Source: Spirochaetia bacterium
GTDB lineage: Bacteria > Spirochaetota > Spirochaetia > SZUA-6 > Bin103
DNA length: 64,000 nucleotides
Direction of reading: 5' to 3'
Assembly (NCBI GenBank): GCA_965203515.1
Contig: OZ241907.1
Coordinates: 3,744,001 to 3,808,000, forward strand
Shown: one piece after another, positions 48,263 through 59,000 of the stretch
Numbering within the stretch: position 1 is the stretch's first letter
Layout of the letters: each line of letters starts with the position of its first letter
Notes under the pieces: generated by a model
Database searches by the model: none
The model's input: the letters and a program-made list of their open reading frames with translations, nothing else
Told to the model about the DNA's origin: nothing
Made by a program: the position numbers and the translations under genes

Positions 48263-51200
48263 ATGACGGACGCCCAGCGCGTGCGGCGTACGCGCCGGCG
48301 CATGGAACTGACGCAGGCCGGCTTCGCCGCACGGGTCGGCGTTTCTCTGCTGACGGTGCACCGTTGGGAAACGGGCCAGTCGCAGCCGCAGCGGTTGGCG
48401 CTGCAGCGGCTGCGGGATCTGGAGGAGGCGCTGGCCGAGCAGGACGCGCGCCGCGGGCCGCCGGGCGCGGCTCCGGCGGCGGCGCCGGCCCTCGACTTCG
48501 CGGGCAACCCCGCCGCCGTGTCGGCGGTCGCCGAGGCGTTGCGCCTCGCCCACGGCCACCAGTTCAACCCGGCCTTCGCCAGCGAAACCGCGCGCATCGA
48601 CCCGCTGCCGCATCAGCGCATCGCCGTGTACGACCGGATGTTGCCGCAGGAGCCGTTGCGCTTCCTGCTCGCCGACGACGCCGGCGCCGGCAAGACCATC
48701 ATGACCGGCCTGTACGTGCGCGAAATGCTCTCGCGCGCCCGCCTCCGGCGGGTCCTGATCGTGCCGCCGGCCGGGCTGGTGGGCAACTGGGAGCGCGAAT
48801 TGCGTACGCTGTTCCGCCTCCGCTTCCGCATCGTCACCGGCCAGGAGCTGCGGGCCGGCAACCCGTTCGTTGCGCCTGCCGGCGATCTCGTGATCGTGTC
48901 GGTGGACACCCTGCGCGGCGCAACCGCGTTTGCGGCGCTGCGGGAGTGCGCCGTGGGGTACGATCTCGTGGTGTTCGACGAAGCCCACAAGCTGAGCGTG
49001 ACCAACGACCGCGGCCGCATCCGCCGGACGCAACGCTATGCGCTGGCGGAGGCGCTGGCCGGCGGCGGCGCCCCGACCGGCGGCCGCTTCGCCGGCCTGC
49101 CATGGGCGGCGCATCATCTCCTGCTGCTCACCGCCACGCCGCACATGGGGCGGGACGAACCCTACCATCACCTGTGGCGTCTGCTCGATCCGCAGGCGTT
49201 CGCCACCGGCGCCGCGCTCAAGCGCTGTCCGCCGGCGGCGCGCGCCCGCCACTTCATCCGCCGCACCAAGGAGGAGATGGTCAGCCTGGACGGGCGCCCG
49301 CTCTATCGCACGCGCGCCTGCGATACCTTCAGTTATGACCTGACCGGCGGGCCGACCGGCGAACAGGCGCTGTACGACGCGACCACCGATTACCTGCGCC
49401 GGGTCTACGGCCGCAGCCTGGACAACCGCCCCGCGGTGCAGCTCGCGCTGAGCGTGTTTCAGCGGCGGCTGGCCAGTTCCACCTGGGCACTGCTGCGTTC
49501 GTTCGAGCGGCGCATCGTGAAGTTGGAGCAGACCGCGGCCGACCTGCAGTCCGGCAAGCTGCGCGCCGCCGACCTGCACCGCCGCCAGAGCGATCTCGAC
49601 CGGCGCTATCGAGACGACTTCTACGACACCCACGGGGCGGACGAGGACGCGCGCGACGATACCGCGGGTGAACGCAACGAGGACTACGAAGACGCGGTGC
49701 TCGGCGCGCTGGCGGCGGTCACGGACGCCGAGCTGCAACGGGAAATCGAGCTCCTCAAGGACTTGCGCGACCGGGCGCGCGCACTGTGCGCGGCGGGTGA
49801 AGAATCGAAGTTCGAGAAGCTGCGCGAGGTGCTCGATGACGCGCGCTACGCCGGCGAGAAGTGGCTGCTCTTCACCGAACATCGCGACACGCTGGAATAT
49901 CTGGTGCGCCGCCTGGAGGGGCTGGGCTTCTCCGATCAAGTGGCGTGGATTCACGGCGGCCTGGGGTGGCAGGAACGGGAGGCGCAAGTCGAACACTTCC
50001 GCCGCGCGGACGGCGCCCGCTACTTGGTCGCCACCGACGCTGCCGGCGAGGGCATCAACCTGCAGTTCTGCCGGCTGATGGCGAACTACGACATCCCCTG
50101 GAATCCGGCGCGCCTGGAACAGCGCATGGGGCGCATCCACCGCTACGGCCAGCGGCATGACGTGCGCATCGTCAACCTCGTGGCCGGCGCCACCCGCGAG
50201 GGCCGCGTGCTGCAGGTGTTGCTGGAGAAACTCGAAGCGATTCGCACCGAGTTGCGCTCCGACAAGGTGTTCGACGTGATCGGGCGGCTGTTCGAGAACG
50301 CCTCGCTGCGGGAGTACCTGGGCGCGGCGTTGACCGATGCCGGGGCGCAGCACGTCCGGGAACGGGTGGAGACCCTGACGACCGGCGCGCGGGTCCGCGC
50401 CGTCGATGCGGGCGAGCGGGCGGTCTACGGTCCGCCCGGTGACGTCGCCGGGCACCTGGACGCGCTGCGCAGCGAGCTCGCGCGCGAGGATTACCTGCAA
50501 CTCCTCCCCGGCTACGTGCGCCGCTTCATCGAGAAGAGCGCGCCGCTGCTCGACCTGGAGATCCGCGGCGACCCGGAGGGCTGCTTCTCACTGGCGCCGG
50601 GCCGACCCGGCGCGCTCGACGGCATGCTGCCGGCGCTCGAAGGCTACCCCGACGCGGCGCGCGCGCGCCTGCGCACGCGCCGCCCCGACGACGACGCGCC
50701 CTGCATCTGGCTGCATCCCGGCGAACCGGTATTCGACGCGCTGACGGCGCAGGTCACCGGCGCCTTCGCCGGCGACGCGCTACGCGGCGCGGTGTTCAGC
50801 GATCCGCGCGCACCAGCCTCCTACCTGCTCCACCTGGCGCAGATCTCGGTCGAGCGAGAACCCGATGAGCCGGCCGATCGAGACGCGGGCGGGCTGTTTG
50901 CGCCGGCCCCGAACGCGCGCGGCGAACGCCGCACGCTGGAACGCCGGCTGGTAGCGCTGCGCCAGGGCGAGGACGGGGTGCCGGTGGAGTGCGACGGCGA
51001 GCAGCTCCTGCTGCTGCGCGGCGCTCCCGCGGTCGCCCCGGGCGCCGTGCCGCTGGCCGGACGCGGGCTCGACCTGCGCGCCGCGGCCGCGCGCTACGCC
51101 GAGCACCAAGTATTGGCGCCGCTTGCCGAAGAACGCCGCGCCGCGTTGCGCGCCGAACTGCCCGACCGCCGGCGCCGCGCCGGCGCCGGCTTCGACCTGC

Positions 51201-51862
51201 GCGCCGCGGCGCTGGCCGCCCGCCGCGTCGAGCTCGCCGCGAACGGTGCCGGCGAAGCCGCGGCCACGGGCGAGGTGGCCGAAATCCGGCAGGAGCAGCG
51301 CGCGCTGAGCGCAGACCGCAACCGCGCCCTGGACCAGCTCGACGCCGGCCCCGAGCGGGTCGTTCCCGGCGCCGTGCGCTTCCTCGCGCATGCCCTGGTC
51401 GTGCCCGCGGTGGACTCCGCCGACCGCGAGCGCTACGACGCGACCATCGAAGAAATCGCGGTGCGCATCGCGGTCGCGTGGGAGCGCGAGCGCGGCGCCG
51501 AGGTGCAGGACGTCTCCAAGCCGGCGCTGGCGCGCGTGGCCGGACTGCCCGACTGGCCCGGCTTCGACCTGCTGGCCACGCAGCGCGGCGGCGCGGTGCG
51601 CAACATCGAGGTCAAGGGTCGGTCCGGCCGCGGCGCCATCGAGGTGGAGCCCAACGAGTGGAAGCAGGCGGCCCACCTGGAAGATCGCTATTGGCTCTAC
51701 GTAGTGTTCAACTGCGCCACCCCCACGCCGAAGCTCTTGCGGGTGCGCAACCCGTTCGCCAAACTGCTAGCCCGCAGCCGCAGCTCGGAGAGCTATACTA
51801 TCTCCGCCGCGTCCTTGCTGGAAGCCGCGGAGACCACCGAGGAAGGGCGCAATCTTCTATGA
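48263..51862 (+). CDS. XRE-HTH fused SNF2-family helicase with DUF3883 (system 2)
   Basis: LTQAGFAARVGVSLLTVHRWETGQSQP (HTH); LLADDAGAGKT, DEAH, TATPH, TDAAGEGINLQ, WNPARLEQRMGRIHR, GFDL...IEVKG. Confidence 0.92.
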   Translation: MTDAQRVRRTRRRMELTQAGFAARVGVSLLTVHRWETGQSQPQRLALQRLRDLEEALAEQDARRGPPGAAPAAAPALDFAGNPAAVSAVAEALRLAHGHQFNPAFASETARIDPLPHQRIAVYDRMLPQEPLRFLLADDAGAGKTIMTGLYVREMLSRARLRRVLIVPPAGLVGNWERELRTLFRLRFRIVTGQELRAGNPFVAPAGDLVIVSVDTLRGATAFAALRECAVGYDLVVFDEAHKLSVTNDRGRIRRTQRYALAEALAGGGAPTGGRFAGLPWAAHHLLLLTATPHMGRDEPYHHLWRLLDPQAFATGAALKRCPPAARARHFIRRTKEEMVSLDGRPLYRTRACDTFSYDLTGGPTGEQALYDATTDYLRRVYGRSLDNRPAVQLALSVFQRRLASSTWALLRSFERRIVKLEQTAADLQSGKLRAADLHRRQSDLDRRYRDDFYDTHGADEDARDDTAGERNEDYEDAVLGALAAVTDAELQREIELLKDLRDRARALCAAGEESKFEKLREVLDDARYAGEKWLLFTEHRDTLEYLVRRLEGLGFSDQVAWIHGGLGWQEREAQVEHFRRADGARYLVATDAAGEGINLQFCRLMANYDIPWNPARLEQRMGRIHRYGQRHDVRIVNLVAGATREGRVLQVLLEKLEAIRTELRSDKVFDVIGRLFENASLREYLGAALTDAGAQHVRERVETLTTGARVRAVDAGERAVYGPPGDVAGHLDALRSELAREDYLQLLPGYVRRFIEKSAPLLDLEIRGDPEGCFSLAPGRPGALDGMLPALEGYPDAARARLRTRRPDDDAPCIWLHPGEPVFDALTAQVTGAFAGDALRGAVFSDPRAPASYLLHLAQISVEREPDEPADRDAGGLFAPAPNARGERRTLERRLVALRQGEDGVPVECDGEQLLLLRGAPAVAPGAVPLAGRGLDLRAAAARYAEHQVLAPLAEERRAALRAELPDRRRRAGAGFDLRAAALAARRVELAANGAGEAAATGEVAEIRQEQRALSADRNRALDQLDAGPERVVPGAVRFLAHALVVPAVDSADRERYDATIEEIAVRIAVAWERERGAEVQDVSKPALARVAGLPDWPGFDLLATQRGGAVRNIEVKGRSGRGAIEVEPNEWKQAAHLEDRYWLYVVFNCATPTPKLLRVRNPFAKLLARSRSSESYTISAASLLEAAETTEEGRNLL

Positions 51863-52365
51863 GAAGAAAGAACAAGATCAATTTAGGCAAGAAATTGCCA
51901 GATCCGTACCAGTTGATATTGTCGATTTTTCTGTTGGTGATGTCGATTGCAGGAGCGGTGTACTTCGTATATACCGCGACCACACGACGACTGACCCAGG
52001 TTGAAGGTGTGTATCTTCAGGCACTTCCCTGGATAACCGGGGTATTGGCTTCACTTGTCTTTGGGCGGATGTCAGCGCAGACAGCAGCACGAGAAATTAT
52101 AAGACCACATGCACGATCAGCTTTCCGTCGTTTAGTGTCTTTGTACAATAGTGTCTCCAGGGTTGCTAGTGTTGTTGCCGAAGCTCAAGAATCAGAAGGC
52201 GACGATCATCGGGTAGCACTTTCACAAATCGAAGCGTTCGTCGTTGAGCAACTTTCGACAGCGGATGATGCTATTGAAGACTGGCGCGACATTGTTCCGC
52301 ACGACGTAGATGAACTGCGGGGAAGCATCGATTTGGAAGATGCTCAAGGAGCGAGAAATGGATGA
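51859..52365 (+). CDS. Hypothetical two-TM membrane protein (low GC)
   Basis: ATG overlaps helicase stop (ATGA); hydrophobic LILSIFLLVMSIAGAVYFVY and LQALPWITGVLASLVFG, then an acidic helical tail. Confidence 0.72.
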   Translation: MRRKNKINLGKKLPDPYQLILSIFLLVMSIAGAVYFVYTATTRRLTQVEGVYLQALPWITGVLASLVFGRMSAQTAAREIIRPHARSAFRRLVSLYNSVSRVASVVAEAQESEGDDHRVALSQIEAFVVEQLSTADDAIEDWRDIVPHDVDELRGSIDLEDAQGARNG

Positions 52366-52885
52366 CCTTATTCATGGAAAAGTTGCGAGAGTACTCAATT
52401 CACGACACCTCGTAATAAACGTTGGAGCTAAGGACGGAGTAGTTCGCGGTATGAAGTTTCACATATTCGATCCGGGTGATGATGACCATGGCTCCTATAC
52501 CATATCTGATCCTGACACACATGGTGTACTTGGATATGTACGTCTCGCCCCTAAGAGAACTGTGACTGTTATCGATGTACAAGATCATCTCTCGGTGGCG
52601 TCAACTCTGGAACGAAAAGCCAACGTTGGAGGAGTCAACACGATAGTCCGTGACATGGGCTCCCTTACTCGCGCCCTGATGCCACCTCAGTGGATCACAA
52701 AATATGAAACATTGAGGCGTATCGAGTCACGCTCGCCGGATCCACACTTTACCCACGTCCGTGCCGGTGAGCCTATGGATGACTCCGAGAGTCTGGTTAA
52801 GGTACGAGATCCGGTTATTCAAGTATCTACGATAGTTGAAACAGCTTCTGAAGATATCTCTGAGTCGGTCAAGATGAAACATTGA
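52358..52885 (+). CDS. Hypothetical protein, FlgT C-terminal-like beta-barrel (low GC)
   Basis: GKVARVLNSRHLVINVGAKDGVVRGMKFHIF...ISDPDTHGVLG...VTVIDVQDHLSVA; SD GGAG; overlaps previous gene. Confidence 0.65.
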   Translation: MDDLIHGKVARVLNSRHLVINVGAKDGVVRGMKFHIFDPGDDDHGSYTISDPDTHGVLGYVRLAPKRTVTVIDVQDHLSVASTLERKANVGGVNTIVRDMGSLTRALMPPQWITKYETLRRIESRSPDPHFTHVRAGEPMDDSESLVKVRDPVIQVSTIVETASEDISESVKMKH

Positions 52886-52888
52886 AGC

Positions 52889-55800
52889 ATGGCGAGTGCC
52901 GATAGCAGGATCATTGAACACGCGTTTCCGTTGAATCAGGTTTCGCTTGATTCGGTGCATGAGAAGAACGTGCGGCACGGGCATATTTCGACGCTGCACA
53001 TCTGGCCGGCGCGGCGGCCGCTGGCGGCGAGCCGGGCGGCGTTGCTGGCGGCGCTGCTGCCCGATCCCGGAAGCTCGGAGGAGCGGCGGGAGCTGCTGGA
53101 CCGCATGGCGGGGCGGGTGGAGAAGGTTCCTGACGCCGCCGGGACGGGGACGCAGGAGGCGACCCGCGGCGGGATTCTGCACTGGGGCCGCGAGAGCACC
53201 TACGACGGGCGGCAGGAGCTGGCGCGATTCCGAAACGAGATTCGAGCGGCCTATGGCGGCCGGGCGCCGCGGGTACTCGACCCCTTCGCGGGCGGCGGGG
53301 CGATTCCGCTGGAGGCGATGCGGCTCGGGTGCGAGGCAGTGGCGGCCGATCTCAACCCGGTAGCGTGGTTCATCCTGCGCTGCACGCTGCACTACCCGCA
53401 ACGACTGGCCGGCCAATCGCGGGCGCTTCCCGAATTCGCGTTGCGCGAACGGGACTTCGCCGAGGCGTTCCTGAAATCCCAGGGGATTACCCGCAAGGAC
53501 GCGCTGCGCGAGGGACTCGCGCGGCTAGGACACGGTCACGACCCGGCGTTCGATTTCGAGATGGACGCGCCCTCCTGCGATGCGGAGTTCGCGTGGCACC
53601 TACGCGCCTGGGGACAGCGGGTCCTGGCGCGCGCGCGCCGCGACTTGGCGGCCCGTTATCCGACCTACGCCGAGTTCGAACCGGTACGGCGCAAGGGGCG
53701 GCGCGGCAATCGCCCCCCGGAAGCACCCTGGCAACTGCGCCCGGCGCGGTTGCTGCAACCGGACGATCAGGGGGCCGTAGCGACCGCTTCGCTCAACGCC
53801 GAGTTCGATGACCGCTATCTGGAAGACGAGGCCAACCCGCGCTGGATTGCGAAGCCGCCGGTGGCGTACTTGTGGGCGCGAACCGTGCGCTGCAGCGGCT
53901 GCCGGGCGGAGGTCCCCCTGCTCAAGACGCGCTGGCTGTGCAAGAAGCCGAGAAAACGGGTGCTCCTTACCCTGGAGTCCGGGAACTCTGAAACCGGCGT
54001 GACGTTCGACGTCAAGCACGACGTTCCCGAAGGCAGCGGCAGCGCGGCGCAGAAGCGCGAGCACGACCGCGAGCTGGGCGCCGGTACGATGAGCGCCAGC
54101 GGCGCGACCTGCCCCCGCTGCGGCGTGATCGCGACGACCGGAGACATTCGCACCGAGGGCCGCGCCGGCCGTCTCGGCGAGCGTATGACCGCCGTCATCG
54201 TGGAGGGCCAGCGCGGCAAGGAGTACCGCCTGCCGACCGACCTCGAGCTTCGCGCCGCGCGAGTCACCGAGGAAGAACTCGTCAGCCTCTATGAAGAGAT
54301 TCCGTTCGGACTTCCCGACGAGCTGATCAGTCCCGAGCGGCCGTCTCCCAACTCGCGCGGCGCTTCCGGGCTCCCGCGCTACGGATTCGATACGTGGCGG
54401 CGGTGTTTCACGAACCGGCAGCTTCTGGCGCTCGGAGCGTTCATCCGAGAGATGCGCCGTTGCGCCGGCGACATGGCTCCTTACCCGGCGACGTGGCGGG
54501 AGGCGCTGCAAGCATGTCTTGCGCCGGTGGTCAGCCGGCTGGCCGATCGCGGCAGCGCTCTGGCGACGTGGCAAACCAACGCTGACAAGATAGGTCACGC
54601 TTTTGCGCGGTTTGCGTTGCCTATGGTGTGGGATTACGCCGAGTCCTGTCCGCTGGCGGACACCAGCGGCGGATTCGTTCAGGCAGTGGAGTGGGTCGCC
54701 GAGGTGCTTGAACACGCCGGCGGCGCCGCCGCCAGCGCGCCCGCGCCGCACGTCTCACTCCGATCGGCTGCCGCGCCGGCCGGGGAACGCTTCGACCTGA
54801 TCTGCACCGACCCGCCCTACTACGATGCCATTCCCTATTCCGACCTGATGGACTTCTTCCACGTCTGGTTGCGGCGCACGTTGTCCGGGGTTTCGCCGGA
54901 AACCAACGCGGCGTTCTCCGGTCCGCTCGGCCCGAAGTGGGATCGGGCCGCGAACGACGGAGAGTTGGTCGACCAACCCGGCAGGTTCGCTGCCGACGGC
55001 GCTCAGTCGAGAAAGGTCTACGAGGACGGTATGCTGCGCGCCCTTCGGCATTGTAGTGACGCCCTGCGGGACGACGGACGACTGGTGGTGGTGTTCGCCA
55101 ACAAGCAGCCGGAGGCTTGGGAAACGCTGGTGGCGGCGCTGGTCCGGGCCGGTTTCGTCGTAACTGCCTCATGGCCGATTCAGACGGAGCGGGAAGGCAA
55201 GGTTGCGCGCGGCGCACGCCTGTCGGCTTCGATCTGGCTGGTTTGCAGAAAGCGGCCCGCAGCCGCCCGGCCCGGCTGGGACGGCAGGGTGCTGGGCGAG
55301 ATGCAGGACAACATCACCGAGCGGCTGCGGGGCTTCTGGGACGCCGGCATCCGCGGGCCGGACTTCGTGTGGTCCGCTACCGGACCGGCGCTGGAAGCCT
55401 TCAGCCGGCATCCGGTGGTGAAGCGGGCGGACGCTCCCGGTCAGGTGCTGACCGTGGCCGCGTTCCTGCGCCGCGTGCGGCGCATGGTCGTCGGCTTCGT
55501 GGTGAGCCGGCTGCTTGGCCGCGACAGCGCCGCGGCCGGCGAGCTGGATGACCTGACCACCTACTACCTGCTGCACCGCAACGACTTCGGCCTCGGCGCA
55601 GCGCCGGCCGGCGCTTGCATCCTCTACGCCCTCTCCTGCAATCTGTCGGACGCCGACCTTGCCGGACGCCTCGCCCTGCTGATCCGCGGCGGCCGCGCGA
55701 CGCCGGCCGATGAGGAAGCGGACTCCGCCGAAGTTGTCTCCGGCAGCGCGGCGCGTCTCAAGCCGTGGCACCAGCGCCGCGCCCGCGATCTCGGCGAGTC

Positions 55801-56080
55801 CGGCGCTGACGGCAGCCCGCCGCCGCTGATCGATTGCGTCCACAAGGTGATGCAACTCTGGAAGACCGGCGAGCAGAGGCGGGTGGACGGCTACCTGGAG
55901 GCGCGCGGCCTGTGGCGCCACGAACTGTTCGCCCGCGTCGTGCAGGCAATCATCGAGCTGACCGAGAGCGGCTCCGAGGAGCGCGCCACGCTCGAATCGC
56001 TCCAGAATCATCTGCGGGGTCACGCCGCGGCCCCCACTGCCCGCCAGGGCCTGCTCTGGCAGGGTGACGGAGGTGAGTGA
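52889..56080 (+). CDS. DUF1156-domain adenine DNA methyltransferase, copy C (divergent, system 2)
   Basis: GHISTLHIWPARRPLAA, DPFAGGG, CSGC...CPRC zinc motif, DPPYY. Confidence 0.92.
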   Translation: MASADSRIIEHAFPLNQVSLDSVHEKNVRHGHISTLHIWPARRPLAASRAALLAALLPDPGSSEERRELLDRMAGRVEKVPDAAGTGTQEATRGGILHWGRESTYDGRQELARFRNEIRAAYGGRAPRVLDPFAGGGAIPLEAMRLGCEAVAADLNPVAWFILRCTLHYPQRLAGQSRALPEFALRERDFAEAFLKSQGITRKDALREGLARLGHGHDPAFDFEMDAPSCDAEFAWHLRAWGQRVLARARRDLAARYPTYAEFEPVRRKGRRGNRPPEAPWQLRPARLLQPDDQGAVATASLNAEFDDRYLEDEANPRWIAKPPVAYLWARTVRCSGCRAEVPLLKTRWLCKKPRKRVLLTLESGNSETGVTFDVKHDVPEGSGSAAQKREHDRELGAGTMSASGATCPRCGVIATTGDIRTEGRAGRLGERMTAVIVEGQRGKEYRLPTDLELRAARVTEEELVSLYEEIPFGLPDELISPERPSPNSRGASGLPRYGFDTWRRCFTNRQLLALGAFIREMRRCAGDMAPYPATWREALQACLAPVVSRLADRGSALATWQTNADKIGHAFARFALPMVWDYAESCPLADTSGGFVQAVEWVAEVLEHAGGAAASAPAPHVSLRSAAAPAGERFDLICTDPPYYDAIPYSDLMDFFHVWLRRTLSGVSPETNAAFSGPLGPKWDRAANDGELVDQPGRFAADGAQSRKVYEDGMLRALRHCSDALRDDGRLVVVFANKQPEAWETLVAALVRAGFVVTASWPIQTEREGKVARGARLSASIWLVCRKRPAAARPGWDGRVLGEMQDNITERLRGFWDAGIRGPDFVWSATGPALEAFSRHPVVKRADAPGQVLTVAAFLRRVRRMVVGFVVSRLLGRDSAAAGELDDLTTYYLLHRNDFGLGAAPAGACILYALSCNLSDADLAGRLALLIRGGRATPADEEADSAEVVSGSAARLKPWHQRRARDLGESGADGSPPPLIDCVHKVMQLWKTGEQRRVDGYLEARGLWRHELFARVVQAIIELTESGSEERATLESLQNHLRGHAAAPTARQGLLWQGDGGE

Positions 56081-59000
56081 TGGCGAAGGGTAGTCGTTCG
56101 AGGCCGTGGCACGAGGTGGTGCGGCTGAAGGAGGAGCTGCGCACGGGGGAGCTCGCGCTGGCGGAGTTCGCGGCCGACCTGCATGAGGTGACGCTGGCGC
56201 AGGGCCGGCGCCCGGTCTACGAGGACCCTGCGAAGTTCTTCGCGCTGACCTACCCCACCCATGCCCTGCGGGAGCTGGTGAAGGACGTTGCCGGCCGGCT
56301 GGCCGGGCGCAGCGACAAGGCGGTGCGGCAGTTGGAGCTGACCTACGGCGGCGGCAAGACGCACACGCTGATCGCCCTCTATCACCTGTTCCGGGAACCG
56401 GCGGCGCTGCCCGAGGTGGCGGCGGTGCGGGAGTTCCGCGAGCACGTGGGGGCCGACTTGCCGCCGGCGGTCACGGTGACGCTGTGCTTCGACAAGATCG
56501 ACGCCGAGCGCGGCATCGAAGGGGTGCGCGCGCCTGACGGCGAGCGCCGCACGCTACGCCATCCGTGGAGCGTGCTGGCGTTCCAGCTTGCCGGCGCGGA
56601 CGGACTGCGCGCCATTCACGGCGCCGGCGGCGACGCCGAGCGCGCCACGCCGCCGGCCGAGCCGTTGCTGGTGAAGCTGCTCGAACTCCCGCAGCAGCAC
56701 GGCCGCGCGACCCTGATCCTGATCGACGAGGTGCTGATGTACGCGCGCGAGAAGGCCGGGCTCGACCCGGTGTGGCGCGAGCGCATCGTCGACTTCTTTC
56801 AGTATCTGACGCAGGCGGTGGCCAAGGTGGACCGCGCCGCCCTCGTGGCGTCGCTGTTGGCCACCGACCCCAACCGGCAGCGCGGCGAGCTGGCGCAACA
56901 GTTGATCGCCGAGCTGTTCGACGTGTTCCGGCGCCAGCGCGAAGAGGGGGTGCAGCCGGTGCAGCGCGGCGACGTGGCCGAGGTGCTGCGCCGGCGCTTC
57001 TTCGCCCCCGGCGAACTGGGCGACCGGAACGCGTTTCGCTCCCACGTGATCGGCGTGGTGCGCGGCCTCGCCAAGCTGGACGAAACCACCGCCCGCGCGC
57101 GCGCCGCGGCCGAGGAGCGGTTCATCGACTCCTTTCCCTTCCATCCCGATCTGACCGACGTGTTCTACAGCCGCTGGACGCAACTCGACGGGTTCCAGCG
57201 CACGCGCGGCATCCTGCGCATCCTGGCCACCGCGCTGCGCGCGGCCGAGCGCTGGGATCGCAGTCCGCTGATCGGCGTCGGGGCGCTGCTGGCGGCGCCC
57301 GGAGCGCAGACGGTGTCGGAGGCGGTGCGCGAACTCGCCGGCGTCGCCACTTCGGAACAGGTGGAGGGCAGCAAGACCGACTGGGTACCGCTGCTGGAGG
57401 CCGAACTGGCCAAGGCGCGCCAGATTCAGGAGGAGGTGCCGGCGCTGCGGGAGGGACGCGAGGCGGAACAGGCGGTGCTGGCGGTGTTCCTGCACTCGCA
57501 GCCGGTCGGGCACAAGGCGTCCACGCCCGACTTGCTGCGGATGGCCGGCAGCGCAGCGCCGGACGCGATCGAGATCGACAAGGGGTTGCGCCGCTGGCGC
57601 GAATTGTCCTGGTTTCTGGATGACGAGGACCTGGGGCCGGAGGATCCTCGCACCGCGGCGGCGCTGCCGAAGTCGTGGCGCCTCGGCAACCGCCCCAACC
57701 TGCGCCAGATGCACGACGAAGCCTGCCGCCAGCGGGTGACCGCTGAGGCGGAGGCGGCGCGCCTGGAGCAGGCGGTGCGCGAGACCCGGGCGTTGGTGGA
57801 AGGCGCCAAGGCGGCCGGAGCAAGCGTGCATCGGCTGCCGGCCGCGCCGCGCGAGGTGGGCGACGACGGCGCGTTTCGCTACGTGCTGCTGGGCGCGGAC
57901 GCCGCTTCCGAGTCGGGCAAGCCGAGCGGCGCCGCGCGCCGCTTTCTGACCGAAGTGAGCGGGCCGCACCAGCCGCGCGTGCATCGCAACGCGGTCGTGC
58001 TGGCGGTGCCGTCACGCACCGGTCTGCAGGCGGCGCGCAGTTGCGTGCGGGCGCTGCTCGGGTGGGAAGAGGTGGAGCGTGAACTTGCCGGTCACCGGGT
58101 CGATCCGGTGCCGCGCGAGCTCCTGCGCCGGCGGCTGCAGGAAGCGCGCCGGCTGGTGCCCGACATGGTCCGGCAGGCGTACCAGGTGGTGGTGACGGTG
58201 AACGACGACAACGAGGTGCACGCCTTCCGCCTCACCCCCAGCGCCGGGCCGCTGTTCGCGGCGATCAAGAACGATCCGCGCGCGCGCATCACCGAGACCG
58301 CGCTGGACGCGGAGGCGCTGCTGCCCGACGGTCCCTACGACCTGTGGCGGGAGGATGAGGATACCCGCTTGGTGAAGGACTTGGCAGGCGCGTTCTCGCG
58401 CCAGTCGCGCCTGCCCAAGGTGCTCGATCCGCGGGTGCTGTTCGACACCGTGCTGCAGGGCGTGGAACGCGGGTTGCTGCTGGCCCGGCTGGCGCGCCCG
58501 GACGGCAGCGTTCGCACTTGGTGGCGCGCGGCCGTGGACCCTGACGCGCAGACTGACCCCGGGTTGGAGGTAGCGCTGCCGGACCGCGCCGAGCTGCTCC
58601 AACTGCCTCCTGCGCTGCTGGCGCCCGGCGCGTTGCCGGCGTTGTGGCCGGAGGAGCGCGGCGCCGCGCCGCAGCTCACGCTGCGCGCGCTGGCGGCGTA
58701 CTTCGCCGGCGGTCACACCGTGCAGGTCCGCCAACAGGGATACGCCTACGACGATACGCTCAGCATCCCGCGGTGTTCCGCGGAGACGGTGCGGAGCGCC
58801 GCGGCGCGCGCGGTGGAGCAGGGGCGCGTGTGGCTCACCAACGGCCCCACCTCGGTGTGGAACGAGCCGGTCCCCTACGGCGCGCTCGATGAAGCCGCCG
58901 TGCTGCATCCGCCGCCGGCGCTGATCCCGGCGCAGGAACTGACCGCTCAGGCGCTCCCCGACGAGTGGCGCGGCGGCGCCGTGAACGGCGTCGCCCTGAC

